From the NCBI GenBank assembly GCA_020723305.1, contig DYJC01000016.1, forward strand, positions 2,650 through 66,649: DNA of 64,000 nucleotides, read 5' to 3'. Positions 19,256-28,625 of this stretch are shown here, in pieces. Position 1 is the stretch's first letter. Every line of letters starts with the position of its first letter. The notes under the pieces are model-generated. The model was not told the origin of the DNA. It made no database searches and was given only the letters and a program-made list of their open reading frames with translations. The translations under genes were made by a program, and so were the position numbers. Source of the stretch: Desulfosudis oleivorans. Lineage in GTDB: Bacteria; Desulfobacterota; Desulfobacteria; Desulfobacterales; SURF-7.

Positions 19256-19321
19256 TGCATGAATTTATCGGCTTGAGAAGATGGGGTTTATTGAGCGGTT
19301 ACAATTGATCAGGATTTTTTT

Positions 19322-20458
19322 TCAGGGCTTCTTCAAACCTGAGATATTATCTTGAGGAGAGATTGCTGCTTCTTTACCACTATAAGCATTTAATTCAATA
19401 AGCCCTAATTTTTTTATTTCATTAAATAATCTTTGGGTGAAAAGATATGCACCTTCATTATTAAAATGTCCATAATCAATAATGGCGGAATCATTCAATC
19501 CACAGTCTTCTGGTCTATTCCAAACTATGGAATGCACGTTTTCGTTGTTTAAGGTAAAAATATAATCTAAATATATCAAATTAGCAGCAGTTAATTCCTG
19601 AATTCCTTCTATAACATCTATATATTTATTGCGTAATGGGGGTTGAAGAATAACAATCTTTTTAGTCTTTTTCTCGACGATATTTATAAGACGGTTAAGA
19701 TATTCAGCCTTATATTCAGCAAATTGGTAATTCCCCATTGCTTTAATTTGATTTCGAACCGAAAAAATTTGATCAGTAGCAAGTTTTATATATGCTGATT
19801 GTTTGTAATGGTATTCTGGAATATAATCAGGATTATAAGGTTCTGGACGTTTTCCAATCATAAGTGAATAAAAAATAGTACCCCATTCCTCAAGGGTGCG
19901 ACGTTGGGAGTGTGGAAAAAAGTAATCTGATAACAAAAGTAACCTCAATTTTAAATCTGGTAACGCTAATCTTTCTTGAAAAGTAGACCAGGTAAGAAAA
20001 GCAGTTTCTCCGGCACCCAAAGGATAAAAATTTTTATTGAACATCCATGGGGCAACCTCAATAATTACAAGTGGATTTGAGTTTAGCAAGTCGGGATATT
20101 TTCTGCAAAATAATAATTCCTCCCAAGTACCAGCACCATTACTTTGGAGTATAAGTATTTTTGACTGTTCAATACCTGATAGTTTAGAAAAAAGATCTCT
20201 CTTGATACAGGAGGCTATACGAGAACTCCCCAAAAAGATCACTTTTGCATTATTAGGCCTTTTAAGATCAAGGTATGAAATAACGGGGGTTACAAAAGAT
20301 TTATTATTAATCATTTCCAAGGAATCTCGGTTAATTGAAAGACCAACACAAGTGCAGGTCAAAATAATTAGTGTTAAAATAAAAACCTTTATGTGAGATG
20401 ACAATTTATTAAAAAAACTAAAAATTGAAATAAATAAATGGTTGGACATAGCTTTCAC
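19322..20458 (-). CDS. SGNH-like periplasmic partner of MBOAT O-acyltransferase (DUF1574/AlgJ/PatB-like)
   Basis: 378 aa with one N-terminal TM helix. SGNH-type block I VIFLGSSR and block V IDYGHFN. It overlaps the 3' end of the upstream MBOAT gene by 41 nt. MBOAT plus an extracytoplasmic SGNH-like partner is the AlgI/AlgJ-X, PatA/PatB arrangement. Confidence 0.55.
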   Translation of the reverse strand: MKAMSNHLFISIFSFFNKLSSHIKVFILTLIILTCTCVGLSINRDSLEMINNKSFVTPVISYLDLKRPNNAKVIFLGSSRIASCIKRDLFSKLSGIEQSKILILQSNGAGTWEELLFCRKYPDLLNSNPLVIIEVAPWMFNKNFYPLGAGETAFLTWSTFQERLALPDLKLRLLLLSDYFFPHSQRRTLEEWGTIFYSLMIGKRPEPYNPDYIPEYHYKQSAYIKLATDQIFSVRNQIKAMGNYQFAEYKAEYLNRLINIVEKKTKKIVILQPPLRNKYIDVIEGIQELTAANLIYLDYIFTLNNENVHSIVWNRPEDCGLNDSAIIDYGHFNNEGAYLFTQRLFNEIKKLGLIELNAYSGKEAAISPQDNISGLKKP

Positions 20459-21839
20459 CTATGAAGGAGATACTCAGGATGAGCAAGGCATAGACAATAC
20501 TTCTCCAGAGCCACGGGGTCTCTGACGTTACCAGCAATTCTCGGTTGAATCTGTATGGTAGTAAATCTATTGCCAAGACAACGGCCATATAAAAAAGTGT
20601 AATGAATATGAGCGAAGCTGATGAATACCCGAGGTGGGAAATATTAAATAAAAAATATGAATAGTTATATGCAGTCTCTAAATCAGGCGCTCTGAAGAAT
20701 ATCCATGCAAACGCTACGATGTGAAATGTAATGAACACTGAGAACAAGGACTTCATAGTGCCATGAACTTGCAGGGTGGTTGACCCTGGTTTTTTGAGAC
20801 TGCCCCTAAAATATCTTGATAAGGCCAAGTATGTTCCATGGATGCCCCCCCAAGCTACAAATACCCATGATGCTCCATGCCAGAGACCACAAAGGAGCAT
20901 AGTGGCGAGAAGGTTAATATATGTCCGGGCAGTGCCTTTCTTGCTGCCTCCCAAGGGGATGTAGAGATAGTCCCTTAGCCAGGTTGAAAGGGATATGTGC
21001 CACCTCTTCCAGAATTCCCTGATATTTTTTGACAGGTAAGGCTGTTTGAAATTTTCCATTATCTCTATGCGTAGAAGCTTGCTGGCCCCCCGGACTATGT
21101 CCGTGTAGCCGGAAAAGTCTGCATAGATCTGAAGTGTATACAGATAAATCCCGCATAGAAGATCTATGGACATAAACTGTTGTGGAGAAGAAAAAAGTTG
21201 ATCAACATATGGGGCAACTGCATCTGCGATCACTTTCTTTTTGAAAAAACCAAGGAGTATCAGATGCAGGCCAGCAAAAATCTGTTCTTTACCAATAATC
21301 CTCTTCCTATCAATCTGCTGTAGAAAGGTGCCAGCTCTTCCGATGGGTCCAGCAGATATTTCCGGAAAATAGCCAACGAATAAAGCAAATGATATGATAT
21401 CTGCAGGCGCTTGCTCACCTCTATAGACATCCATAAGATACCCAATGATCTTGAATGTGAAAAAACTGATTCCAAGGGGTAATATGAGGTTCAGTATCTG
21501 CATATTGGGTAAAAATCCAAAAGGCTGAAAGGCTGCAATGAATGAGTCGACGAAGAAATTGTAGTATTTGAAAAATCCCAGAATACTCAGATTATACATT
21601 AAGCTCATGATTAAAATGGTTTTTCTTGTTGTCTGATCCTTTGCTGCGTGTATTTTCAAACCAAAATAAAAGTTTAATGAAGTAGTAATAATAATAAGTG
21701 CGAGAAAACGATAGTCCCAGTAGCTGTAGAAAAGATAACTTGCAATAAGTAGGAATATGTTCTGCCACAACCCCGATAAGGAATAGTATACTGGGAGTGT
21801 TGCAAGTATAATAATTATGACCCAATAATTGAAAAGCAT
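20418..21839 (-). CDS. MBOAT-family membrane O-acyltransferase (AlgI/DltB-like)
   Basis: ORF 20418..21935; ATG at 21839 gives MLFNYWV, a typical MBOAT N-terminus. The catalytic-His region FWKRWHISLSTWLRDYLYIPLGG is the canonical AlgI/DltB motif. Confidence 0.85.
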   Translation of the reverse strand: MLFNYWVIIIILATLPVYYSLSGLWQNIFLLIASYLFYSYWDYRFLALIIITTSLNFYFGLKIHAAKDQTTRKTILIMSLMYNLSILGFFKYYNFFVDSFIAAFQPFGFLPNMQILNLILPLGISFFTFKIIGYLMDVYRGEQAPADIISFALFVGYFPEISAGPIGRAGTFLQQIDRKRIIGKEQIFAGLHLILLGFFKKKVIADAVAPYVDQLFSSPQQFMSIDLLCGIYLYTLQIYADFSGYTDIVRGASKLLRIEIMENFKQPYLSKNIREFWKRWHISLSTWLRDYLYIPLGGSKKGTARTYINLLATMLLCGLWHGASWVFVAWGGIHGTYLALSRYFRGSLKKPGSTTLQVHGTMKSLFSVFITFHIVAFAWIFFRAPDLETAYNYSYFLFNISHLGYSSASLIFITLFYMAVVLAIDLLPYRFNRELLVTSETPWLWRSIVYALLILSISFIGESYVQPFIYFNF

Positions 21840-21979
21840 TATAACTTGATCTTCAAATTTTTCATAAGGTGAATCCGATAAAACAATATCCTCTATGACA
21901 GAAAGAAAACACTCGACCTTGATTTTGGATGTCAAGCTGTTTCAGGGTGATATCATGGTTTGGCCCTTTAAGTCATGAT

Positions 21980-23125
21980 TTATCCAAAAAAATCCGTTAT
22001 TTTTTCGATAACTCTGTCTGTTTCATTATCACTCATTTCATAATACATCGGTAAGCGCAGAATCCTGTCACTTAGACACTCAGTATTTGAAAGATCGCCA
22101 TTTGTTCTGCCAAATTTAATGCCTGCAGGTGATGAGTGCAGGGGGATATAATGGAATATGGCATAAATGCCAAATCCTTTAAGGAAATCGATTAATCTGG
22201 TCCTTTCATCATTGGATCTTAGAATAATATAGAAAATGTGGCCATTACAGACATTCAATTCTTCAACGTAAGGTAAACGAATAATACCTTTATCCTCAAA
22301 TGGTTTTAAAAGTTGATAATATTTGTTAAATATTTTACATCGAACGGATATTATTTTCTCTGCCATTTCGAACTGGGCATATAAAAAAGCACCCACTAGT
22401 TCACTTGGTAGAAAAGATGAACCGATATCCACCCAGGTGTACTTGTCAACCTCACCTCTCAGGAAACGGTTGCGATTGGTTCCTTTTTCCCGGATAATCT
22501 CCGCCCGTTCGATAAATCTATCGTCATTTATTAACAGTGCGCCTCCTTCACCGCTGATGATATTTTTGGTTTCATGGAAGCTGAGGCACCCCAGGTGACC
22601 GATGGTTCCCAGGGCTTTGTCTTTGTATTTTGAAAGCAATGCCTGTGCTGCGTCTTCAATCACATATAAATGGTGTTCATCTGCAATTTCGGATATTTTG
22701 TCCATTTCACAAGGTATACCGGCATAATGCACTGGTACGATAGCTCTTGTTTGGGGCGTAACTGCCTGGACAATTTTTTTTTCATCCAGGTTGAGTGTGT
22801 CCGGTCTGATGTCTATGAATACAGGCACCGCACCGCGAAGTACAAAGGCATTGGCAGTGGATACAAAGGTGAACGAGGGCATGATGACTTCATCACCGGG
22901 CTTGATATCACACAATATGGCAGCCATCTCCAGCGCGGCGGTACATGAATTCGTGAGCAGAGCTTTCCGGCAGTTCAGTTGTTCTTCAAGCCATTGGTGA
23001 CATCGTTTTGTAAATGGCCCATCCCCAGATAAATGAGCCTCAATAACGGCCTGGGCGATATTGTAAAGTTCTTTTCCGACAATGAATGGTTTGTTGTAAG
23101 GTATGGTGTGATCCTGAGAAGACAT
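21980..23125 (-). CDS. wecE: dTDP-4-amino-4,6-dideoxyhexose (Fuc4N-type) transaminase, DegT/WecE family
   Basis: 381 aa. From memory it aligns over its full length with E. coli WecE/RffA: IPYNKPFIVGKEL, GDGPFTKRCHQWLE, PGDEVIMPSFTFVSTANAFVLRGA, VPVHYAG, SFHETKN (PLP lysine), EIIREKGTNR, DKYTWVDIGSS, HYIPLH. Confidence 0.8.
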   Translation of the reverse strand: MSSQDHTIPYNKPFIVGKELYNIAQAVIEAHLSGDGPFTKRCHQWLEEQLNCRKALLTNSCTAALEMAAILCDIKPGDEVIMPSFTFVSTANAFVLRGAVPVFIDIRPDTLNLDEKKIVQAVTPQTRAIVPVHYAGIPCEMDKISEIADEHHLYVIEDAAQALLSKYKDKALGTIGHLGCLSFHETKNIISGEGGALLINDDRFIERAEIIREKGTNRNRFLRGEVDKYTWVDIGSSFLPSELVGAFLYAQFEMAEKIISVRCKIFNKYYQLLKPFEDKGIIRLPYVEELNVCNGHIFYIILRSNDERTRLIDFLKGFGIYAIFHYIPLHSSPAGIKFGRTNGDLSNTECLSDRILRLPMYYEMSDNETDRVIEKITDFFG

Positions 23126-23161
23126 ATCTTCATCCCTTTTATATTTTTATTGCGGTTCGTC

Positions 23162-23698
23162 TCAAAAAGAAGTTGTATTATCTTTTATTTCACGCTTTTT
23201 TATTATCTTTGCAGGAATCCCGGCAACTATGACATAGGGAGGAATATTTTTTGTGACCAAAGATCCAGCGGCAATTACGCTGCCCTCGCCAACAGTCACT
23301 CCATGAATTATTGTACAACAAGCACCAATCCAGACATTGTCCTTGATAATAATGTTTCCGCCGCTATCCGGTAATGATAGTCTGGTGTAGTCATGCCCGG
23401 CACCTAATAACGTTACCTCAGGGCCGATTGCAACGTTATTGCCAATTTTGATGGTATAGTTTCCGGCTAATCTGGATCCAAAGAATTTACATCCTCTATT
23501 TATCGCAACATTATTTCCAATGGAGATTTTTGATGGGTATCTGAAATAACAAGAGTAATCAATAAGAACATCTTTACCCAGTTTTTTAAATACAGCCTTA
23601 AAAAATAAAAAACGTATAATAGGCGGGCAAAGATCGATTACACCCATAAGGATTTTTGTTATATAGGAATAATATAAAAATAGAAATTTTTTACTCAA
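23162..23698 (-). CDS. Hexapeptide-repeat (LbH) acetyltransferase, WbbJ/LacA-like
   Basis: 178 aa with left-handed beta-helix repeats (IKDNVWIGACCTIIHGVTVGEGSVIAAGSLVTKNIPPYVIVAGIPAKI) and a hydrophobic N-terminus. Confidence 0.75.
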   Translation of the reverse strand: MSKKFLFLYYSYITKILMGVIDLCPPIIRFLFFKAVFKKLGKDVLIDYSCYFRYPSKISIGNNVAINRGCKFFGSRLAGNYTIKIGNNVAIGPEVTLLGAGHDYTRLSLPDSGGNIIIKDNVWIGACCTIIHGVTVGEGSVIAAGSLVTKNIPPYVIVAGIPAKIIKKREIKDNTTSF

Positions 23699-24032
23699 AA
23701 TTTCCCCATGAATAAATAACTATACCTGTTATTATAATAAAAACCGAAAGTATTTTTCTTTTTGATATACTTTCATTCAATATTATTTTTGTAAAAAAAA
23801 AAGTAAACAAATAAGATAACGGCAATAGTGCCGTGGCAGTCAAAAGGCTTATTTTTTTTAAACAGTACACAGAAATGACCGTTGTTATAAAAAACAATAA
23901 GTACCCAACTACAAGGTATCTGTTAATTATGAAAAAATCAGGTTTATTCATTGTGCTCATTTTTAGTAGAACTTGAGCGAAGCCAGTTATTCCTGTTGCA
24001 AGAATATAAAGTAAAATGAAAAGTATCTTCAT
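23691..24032 (-). CDS. Small four-TM EamA/SMR-like protein (ArnE/ArnF-like flippase subunit candidate)
   Basis: 113 aa, about four TM helices, directly downstream of a similar 121-aa protein. The size and pairing match the ArnE/ArnF heterodimer. The call rests on architecture only. Confidence 0.5.
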   Translation of the reverse strand: MKILFILLYILATGITGFAQVLLKMSTMNKPDFFIINRYLVVGYLLFFITTVISVYCLKKISLLTATALLPLSYLFTFFFTKIILNESISKRKILSVFIIITGIVIYSWGNFE

Positions 24033-24036
24033 AATT

Positions 24037-24402
24037 TTATTTCTCGGTCAATAATGTTACCATTCCCAAAAAAATAATAAAAAGACCTGATATCATGGAC
24101 CAGGAAACCGGCTCATTGAATAAAAATTTTGCAAAAATGGTATTAAAAATAAGAGATAAACTGAGAAAAGGATAAGCAAAACTCAGGTTAAAGAATTTCA
24201 GGGAAAACAACCAGAATATTGACTGCAAAAATAAAAACGTGAGTGCTAATAAATAATAAATGTTGAGATAGGTAAAAAGAAATCCATTATTCAATGATGA
24301 AATCGCTGCATATTTACCAAATACGTAAGCAATTGACTGGCATATCACTGATAGAAGAATTAGCAAAAATTTAATATTCATATACCTACTTCGGGTATTC
24401 AA
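24037..24402 (-). CDS. Small four-TM EamA/SMR-like protein (ArnE/ArnF-like flippase subunit candidate)
   Basis: 121 aa, about four TM helices, paired with 23691..24032. Confidence 0.5.
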   Translation of the reverse strand: MNTRSRYMNIKFLLILLSVICQSIAYVFGKYAAISSLNNGFLFTYLNIYYLLALTFLFLQSIFWLFSLKFFNLSFAYPFLSLSLIFNTIFAKFLFNEPVSWSMISGLFIIFLGMVTLLTEK

Positions 24403-24467
24403 ATGGTCGCCAGTTTGTCGTTATCAAGCACGTAATGGGCGCCTATTATGTGATGATCATATACCCC

Positions 24468-25037
24468 CTAATGATTGAAATAGGTCTGCCCAGCTTTGAT
24501 AAAGCTCTTAGGTGGTATATCGTTATGCTCAATAATAATAGAGCCTGCACCGATAAAACTGTCTTCACCTATTCGGGCACCACCGCATATCGTAGCGTTT
24601 GGGGACAGAAAAATATTGTTGCCGATATTACAGTCATGGTTGACAACTACCCCTGGCCAGACCGTAACCAACTCGCCCACAACAGCATTGTAATCGATAA
24701 CAGCACCAGCCATAATTATCGTCCCCTGACCGATTTTTTTTTTATCATGAACATACGCCTTGTCATGTATAAGGGTGGGGACCTCATAACTGTTTTTCCT
24801 TACCTCCCGGTAAATAACCCAGCGCGCTGATAGGTCCCTGTATCCGACTGCAATTACAATTGCATATTCATTTGCGGGGATTTTTTTTTTTACATATTCA
24901 AATGTTCCGACGATCTCTTCGCCTTGATAAATATCATCGATATACCCTTGAAAAGGATAGCCCAGATATTCTACCAAACCCTTCATGACCTTGCCGAATT
25001 CTTTTGATCCGTAGATCAATATTTTTTTTTTATTCAT
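24468..25037 (-). CDS. NeuD/PglD-family nucleotide-aminosugar N-acetyltransferase
   Basis: 189 aa. N-terminal Rossmann-like KILIYGSKEFGKV plus C-terminal hexapeptide repeats (IGQGTIIMAGAVIDYNAVVGELVTVWPGVVVNHDCNIGNNIFLSPNATICGGARIGEDSFIGAGSIII). The gene contains three A/T homopolymers of 10-11 nt. Confidence 0.75.
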   Translation of the reverse strand: MNKKKILIYGSKEFGKVMKGLVEYLGYPFQGYIDDIYQGEEIVGTFEYVKKKIPANEYAIVIAVGYRDLSARWVIYREVRKNSYEVPTLIHDKAYVHDKKKIGQGTIIMAGAVIDYNAVVGELVTVWPGVVVNHDCNIGNNIFLSPNATICGGARIGEDSFIGAGSIIIEHNDIPPKSFIKAGQTYFNH

Positions 25038-25840
25038 ATGGATAAGATTGCGATGTACCCTGTCAGAGCCCAGAATTTATTACATTCGTTAATGACTTTG
25101 TTTATATAGTAGTCCATAATGCTTTTCCAGATGATATCTGCGGACTTTTTAATATCATAAGTTGATGGAAGCAGTGGTTCCCCAATTATGCCCTGGTTAG
25201 ATCTGTAGGTTAACGGAATTCCCAATACATTACAATCAATGGCTTTCTTAGGGGTTTCCGTGCTGAGCTCCTTCAGCCGATCCATCCGTTTTTCAGTGAA
25301 GTAAGTTTCACCCAACAGTTGATAGAGAAGAAGAAACTCCCTCCAGTCCGCATGTTTGCCGGTATTATAGTTCAATTTATCCTGGATGATGGCATTGACT
25401 TCCCCCATGGTTAAAACAATAACAGGCCGTTTTTCACTTTCGGGGGATTCGAATTGCTGGTTGACAATATTGAAGGCTACCTCATTTATTGACGGGTCAG
25501 CTGGACCGTGCCCGCTTACAATAATAACCGCATCAAATGAATTTTTAAAAAGAGAAAGGCAGATCTCTCTAATGTACCTTCTGAATGTATCCTCTTCAAC
25601 AGTCACAGAACCTTTGTAATTCATGTTTGATTTGACTGGTGAATAAAATACAGGAGGGAAAGAATAACAGAAGTATCCCCTTGAGATAAGTTCTTGTGCT
25701 ACTTTTCGGGAGATTGCTTCACTGATAATCGAATCCGACTCAACGGGCAGAACCGGACCATGCTGTTCAAGACTCCCCACCGGTAAAATCGCGAAGGCTT
25801 TTTTACCGGCTGTTTTACATCCGGCGATTGCATCTTCCAT
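25034..25840 (-). CDS. Creatininase-family amidohydrolase
   Basis: ORF 25034..25936; ATG at 25840 removes the overlap with the upstream gene. AFAILPVGSLEQHGPVLPVESD matches the creatininase-family active-site region. Its stop overlaps the next start (ATGA at 25034-25037). Confidence 0.7.
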   Translation of the reverse strand: MEDAIAGCKTAGKKAFAILPVGSLEQHGPVLPVESDSIISEAISRKVAQELISRGYFCYSFPPVFYSPVKSNMNYKGSVTVEEDTFRRYIREICLSLFKNSFDAVIIVSGHGPADPSINEVAFNIVNQQFESPESEKRPVIVLTMGEVNAIIQDKLNYNTGKHADWREFLLLYQLLGETYFTEKRMDRLKELSTETPKKAIDCNVLGIPLTYRSNQGIIGEPLLPSTYDIKKSADIIWKSIMDYYINKVINECNKFWALTGYIAILSI

Positions 25841-25878
25841 TTCTTTTGAGGATAAGAAATTGTAATACACGGCGATAC

Positions 25879-26712
25879 CTATTTTGTGGCAATGACTCTT
25901 ATATATTTGAACAAATGCCGGGTTAATGGTAGGCACTCATGCAGAAAATTCCTTGTCGCATCAGCATGCATTGAGAGACTTTCATCATGGATCATATTGC
26001 CCTCACCGATAAACCATTCGTATATGATTTGAACTTTTGAGAAACCGGCATCTTCCAGCATCTGCGTAATGTCCTCCTCTTTGAAGCCGCCTGAAATATG
26101 CTTTAAATGCTCTGATTTCAAAAGAAGATCTTTATCAATATCAAAATTATCCTCCAACTCTTGGTCTTTATGTTTAACAGCGTATATTTCCCTTTCGACA
26201 AATGCACTGTATTTCTGTTTCTCGCTGAGCAATTTGATTGAATCCCAGAAGTAAAAATTGGGGTCCAGGTCGGAATAAAAAACGCCGCCTGGTTTCATCA
26301 CTCTGTAAATTTCATTGAAAACCGGAGAGAGATCATGAAGATGGTGCAGTACGGCGTAAGCGGTCACCATGTTGAACTGATTGTTCTCAAAAGGCAGGTC
26401 TTCTGTTGTCGCAAGCTGAACCTGGATATCGCACTCCGGGTGGTTCGTGTCGATTTGCTGAATCATCTCGGGTGTTATGTCTACGCCTCGTATTTTTTTG
26501 AAGTATTTTTTTGCAATATCAATAATAAAACCTGCACCGCATCCAATGTCCAGCAGCATATCGGCACCGGATTGTCTCACAAGACCCTGGAGGACCGTTT
26601 CAATTTTGGCGATATTTTCCGGACGGTAATGCGGTTCCGTACTCTTATATACTTTTGAAAGCCTTGCATGTAACTCTATGTTGGATTCCAACACTTCTTT
26701 TTTTGATATCAT
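25879..26712 (-). CDS. Class I SAM-dependent methyltransferase
   Basis: ORF 25879..26844; ATG at 26712 (MISKKEVL) avoids overlap with the radical SAM gene. SAM motif LLDIGCGAGFIIDIA and later AVLHHLHD. Confidence 0.7.
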   Translation of the reverse strand: MISKKEVLESNIELHARLSKVYKSTEPHYRPENIAKIETVLQGLVRQSGADMLLDIGCGAGFIIDIAKKYFKKIRGVDITPEMIQQIDTNHPECDIQVQLATTEDLPFENNQFNMVTAYAVLHHLHDLSPVFNEIYRVMKPGGVFYSDLDPNFYFWDSIKLLSEKQKYSAFVEREIYAVKHKDQELEDNFDIDKDLLLKSEHLKHISGGFKEEDITQMLEDAGFSKVQIIYEWFIGEGNMIHDESLSMHADATRNFLHECLPLTRHLFKYIRVIATK

Positions 26713-26719
26713 CTTTTCA

Positions 26720-27652
26720 TTACCTAGGTGGTTTTTTATTTTCGGGATAAATAAAAATCGATCTGCCAGCCTGCCAGTCTTTGCATTCTGAGCAGAGATC
26801 ATGGGTGAAATCAAGATTCCAGTGTTTTTCCCTTCTTTGGGCAAGCTCTCCCTGCCACAACTCCTTTATGGTTGATGAATGCAGGTTGCCGGGGCTGAAT
26901 TTGCCGTCATAATCCGCATCGCATTGTGCGAATTTTCCGTTCCAATGGATCGAAACGGTTCTTGCAAGCCATGAACAGGGAAAGTCCCTTTCAGAATCCG
27001 GAAGGTTAAGGTTATCCGCTTTCACCCCGGTTCCCCAACCCAGTTTCGGTCTGATTTTGACTACCTGTCCTTTTCCTAACCAGTGGCTTTTGAACGCCTC
27101 CAGCTCTTCTTCATTTTCACCCATGACAATATACTGGAGAATCAAGGTGGGGAGGTCTGATTTTTTCTTTGTTTTAGCTTCAATGATATAGTCAATATTT
27201 TTATTGAGTTGATCAAAATCACCACCAACCCTGATTTTTACGTATGTCTCCTTTGAAAAGGCATCAATCCCGAAGATAATGTAATCCAACCCGGCATCAA
27301 TAAGCCGGTCGGAAAGATCCGGTGTCAGAAGCAGGCCGTTTGTATTCAGGTTTACACTCTTGATGCCGTTGTCTTTTGCATATTTAACCATTTTCACCAG
27401 TTTTTCACCCAGGAACAACGGCTCTCCCATGATTGCAAGCCAGATTCGGGTTGCGGGGTTTTCTCTGGCAACCTCATCGGCGATTTTTTGAAAGAGTTCA
27501 AGGCTCATCTCCCCCTTTTCACGGGTTAAGCTTTTTTGAGGGCACATAATGCATTTCAAGTTACAAAACGCCGTTACTTCAACGATAACATCTACCGGAA
27601 ACGGATATCGCTGCAGCGTTTTTCTGACGTTGTCTAAATCGGGTATTAACAT
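26720..27652 (-). CDS. Radical SAM protein with C-terminal Cys-rich (SPASM/twitch-like) region
   Basis: 310 aa with cluster motif FCNLKCIMCPQ (CxxxCxxC), GEPLF, and C-terminal cysteines (FPCSW...AQCDADYDG...LCSECKDW). Confidence 0.75.
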   Translation of the reverse strand: MLIPDLDNVRKTLQRYPFPVDVIVEVTAFCNLKCIMCPQKSLTREKGEMSLELFQKIADEVARENPATRIWLAIMGEPLFLGEKLVKMVKYAKDNGIKSVNLNTNGLLLTPDLSDRLIDAGLDYIIFGIDAFSKETYVKIRVGGDFDQLNKNIDYIIEAKTKKKSDLPTLILQYIVMGENEEELEAFKSHWLGKGQVVKIRPKLGWGTGVKADNLNLPDSERDFPCSWLARTVSIHWNGKFAQCDADYDGKFSPGNLHSSTIKELWQGELAQRREKHWNLDFTHDLCSECKDWQAGRSIFIYPENKKPPR

Positions 27653-27667
27653 CGGCTTATTCTCCTA

Positions 27668-28615
27668 TTACGTATCATGTTGTGTGTCATGATTTTCATG
27701 AAGGTAAGTATCTTTGACGATAACATATGGCCTGTTTTTACTTTCAACAAATATCCTGGACAGGTACATTCCGATTATTCCCAAAAACGAAAACGTCATG
27801 CCGGCAATCAACCAGATCGATACGATCAATGAGGTCCAGCCGGTGATCGGGCTTGTCAGGAAAAGTTTTTTGAATATCAACAGAATAAGCCATGTGAAAG
27901 ACACTCCTGAAACAATGATTCCCGTAAAGAAAATGATTTGCAAGGGTTTGTTGCTGAAAGAGGTTATTGCGTTTACGGACAGTTGTATCTTTTTTTTCAG
28001 GGTATAGGAAGATTGACTTTTTGATATTCTTTTAATTGTAAGGGGTATCTGGTTGAATCCGGTGAGATGCCAAAGCCCCGGCAGGTATATCTCCGATTCT
28101 TTAAACAGCGTGAGGCTTTGGACGTAGTTTCGGTTCATTAGCCGGGTCACCGCCGTATATTCGGCAATTTTTTTATCCGAGAAGAATGACAACAATTTAT
28201 AGAAAAGAGAGCCGGAAATTTTTTCAAACAACCCTCCTTTTCTGTTCTCAACTACGCCGAAAACCACATCGATTTCTTTATTTTCAAAGTATTTGTCCCA
28301 GAACTGCTTGAGATTTTCCGGTTCTTCCTCCAGGTCTGAATCAATCAGAAAAACATATTCTCCGGTGCTGTATGACAAACCGGTCATCAGGGCCTTGTGG
28401 TGGCCGAAATTTCTGGACAGATTGATAACTTTCACTTTTTTGTCTTTATGGAATAAACGGACAGCTTTTCGGATTGAGTCATCCGGGGAGCCGTCGTTGA
28501 CAAAAACTATCTCATAGTCATCCGTAATTGTCTTTGCAGACGCGGTCATTCGTCTATAAAATTCCTGAATCGTTTCGGAAGAATTATATAAGGTTGTAAC
28601 AATCGATAGTTTCAT
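27668..28615 (-). CDS. GT2 polyprenyl-phosphate glycosyltransferase (GtrB/ArnC/CsbB-like)
   Basis: 315 aa with MKLSIVTTLYNSSETI, VFVNDGSPDDS and LIDSDLEE (DxD), plus two C-terminal TM helices (IIFFTGIIVSGVSFTWLILLIF, LIVSIWLIAGMTFSFLGIIGMYL). This is the architecture of lipid-carrier-charging GT2 enzymes. Confidence 0.75.
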   Translation of the reverse strand: MKLSIVTTLYNSSETIQEFYRRMTASAKTITDDYEIVFVNDGSPDDSIRKAVRLFHKDKKVKVINLSRNFGHHKALMTGLSYSTGEYVFLIDSDLEEEPENLKQFWDKYFENKEIDVVFGVVENRKGGLFEKISGSLFYKLLSFFSDKKIAEYTAVTRLMNRNYVQSLTLFKESEIYLPGLWHLTGFNQIPLTIKRISKSQSSYTLKKKIQLSVNAITSFSNKPLQIIFFTGIIVSGVSFTWLILLIFKKLFLTSPITGWTSLIVSIWLIAGMTFSFLGIIGMYLSRIFVESKNRPYVIVKDTYLHENHDTQHDT

Positions 28616-28625
28616 TTGCCGGTTC

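Noticed and set aside
24435-24830. 131-aa plus-strand ORF
   Set aside because: It is antisense to the NeuD/PglD-type acetyltransferase with clear hexapeptide repeats. It has no motifs.
21980-27652. DesI/DesII-type pair (4-aminotransferase plus radical SAM deaminase) as in desosamine biosynthesis
   Set aside because: The transaminase resembles WecE along its whole length. The radical SAM protein is much shorter than I recall DesII to be and has a Cys-rich tail. The idea cannot be supported from sequence alone and is kept only as a minor alternative under the radical SAM finding.
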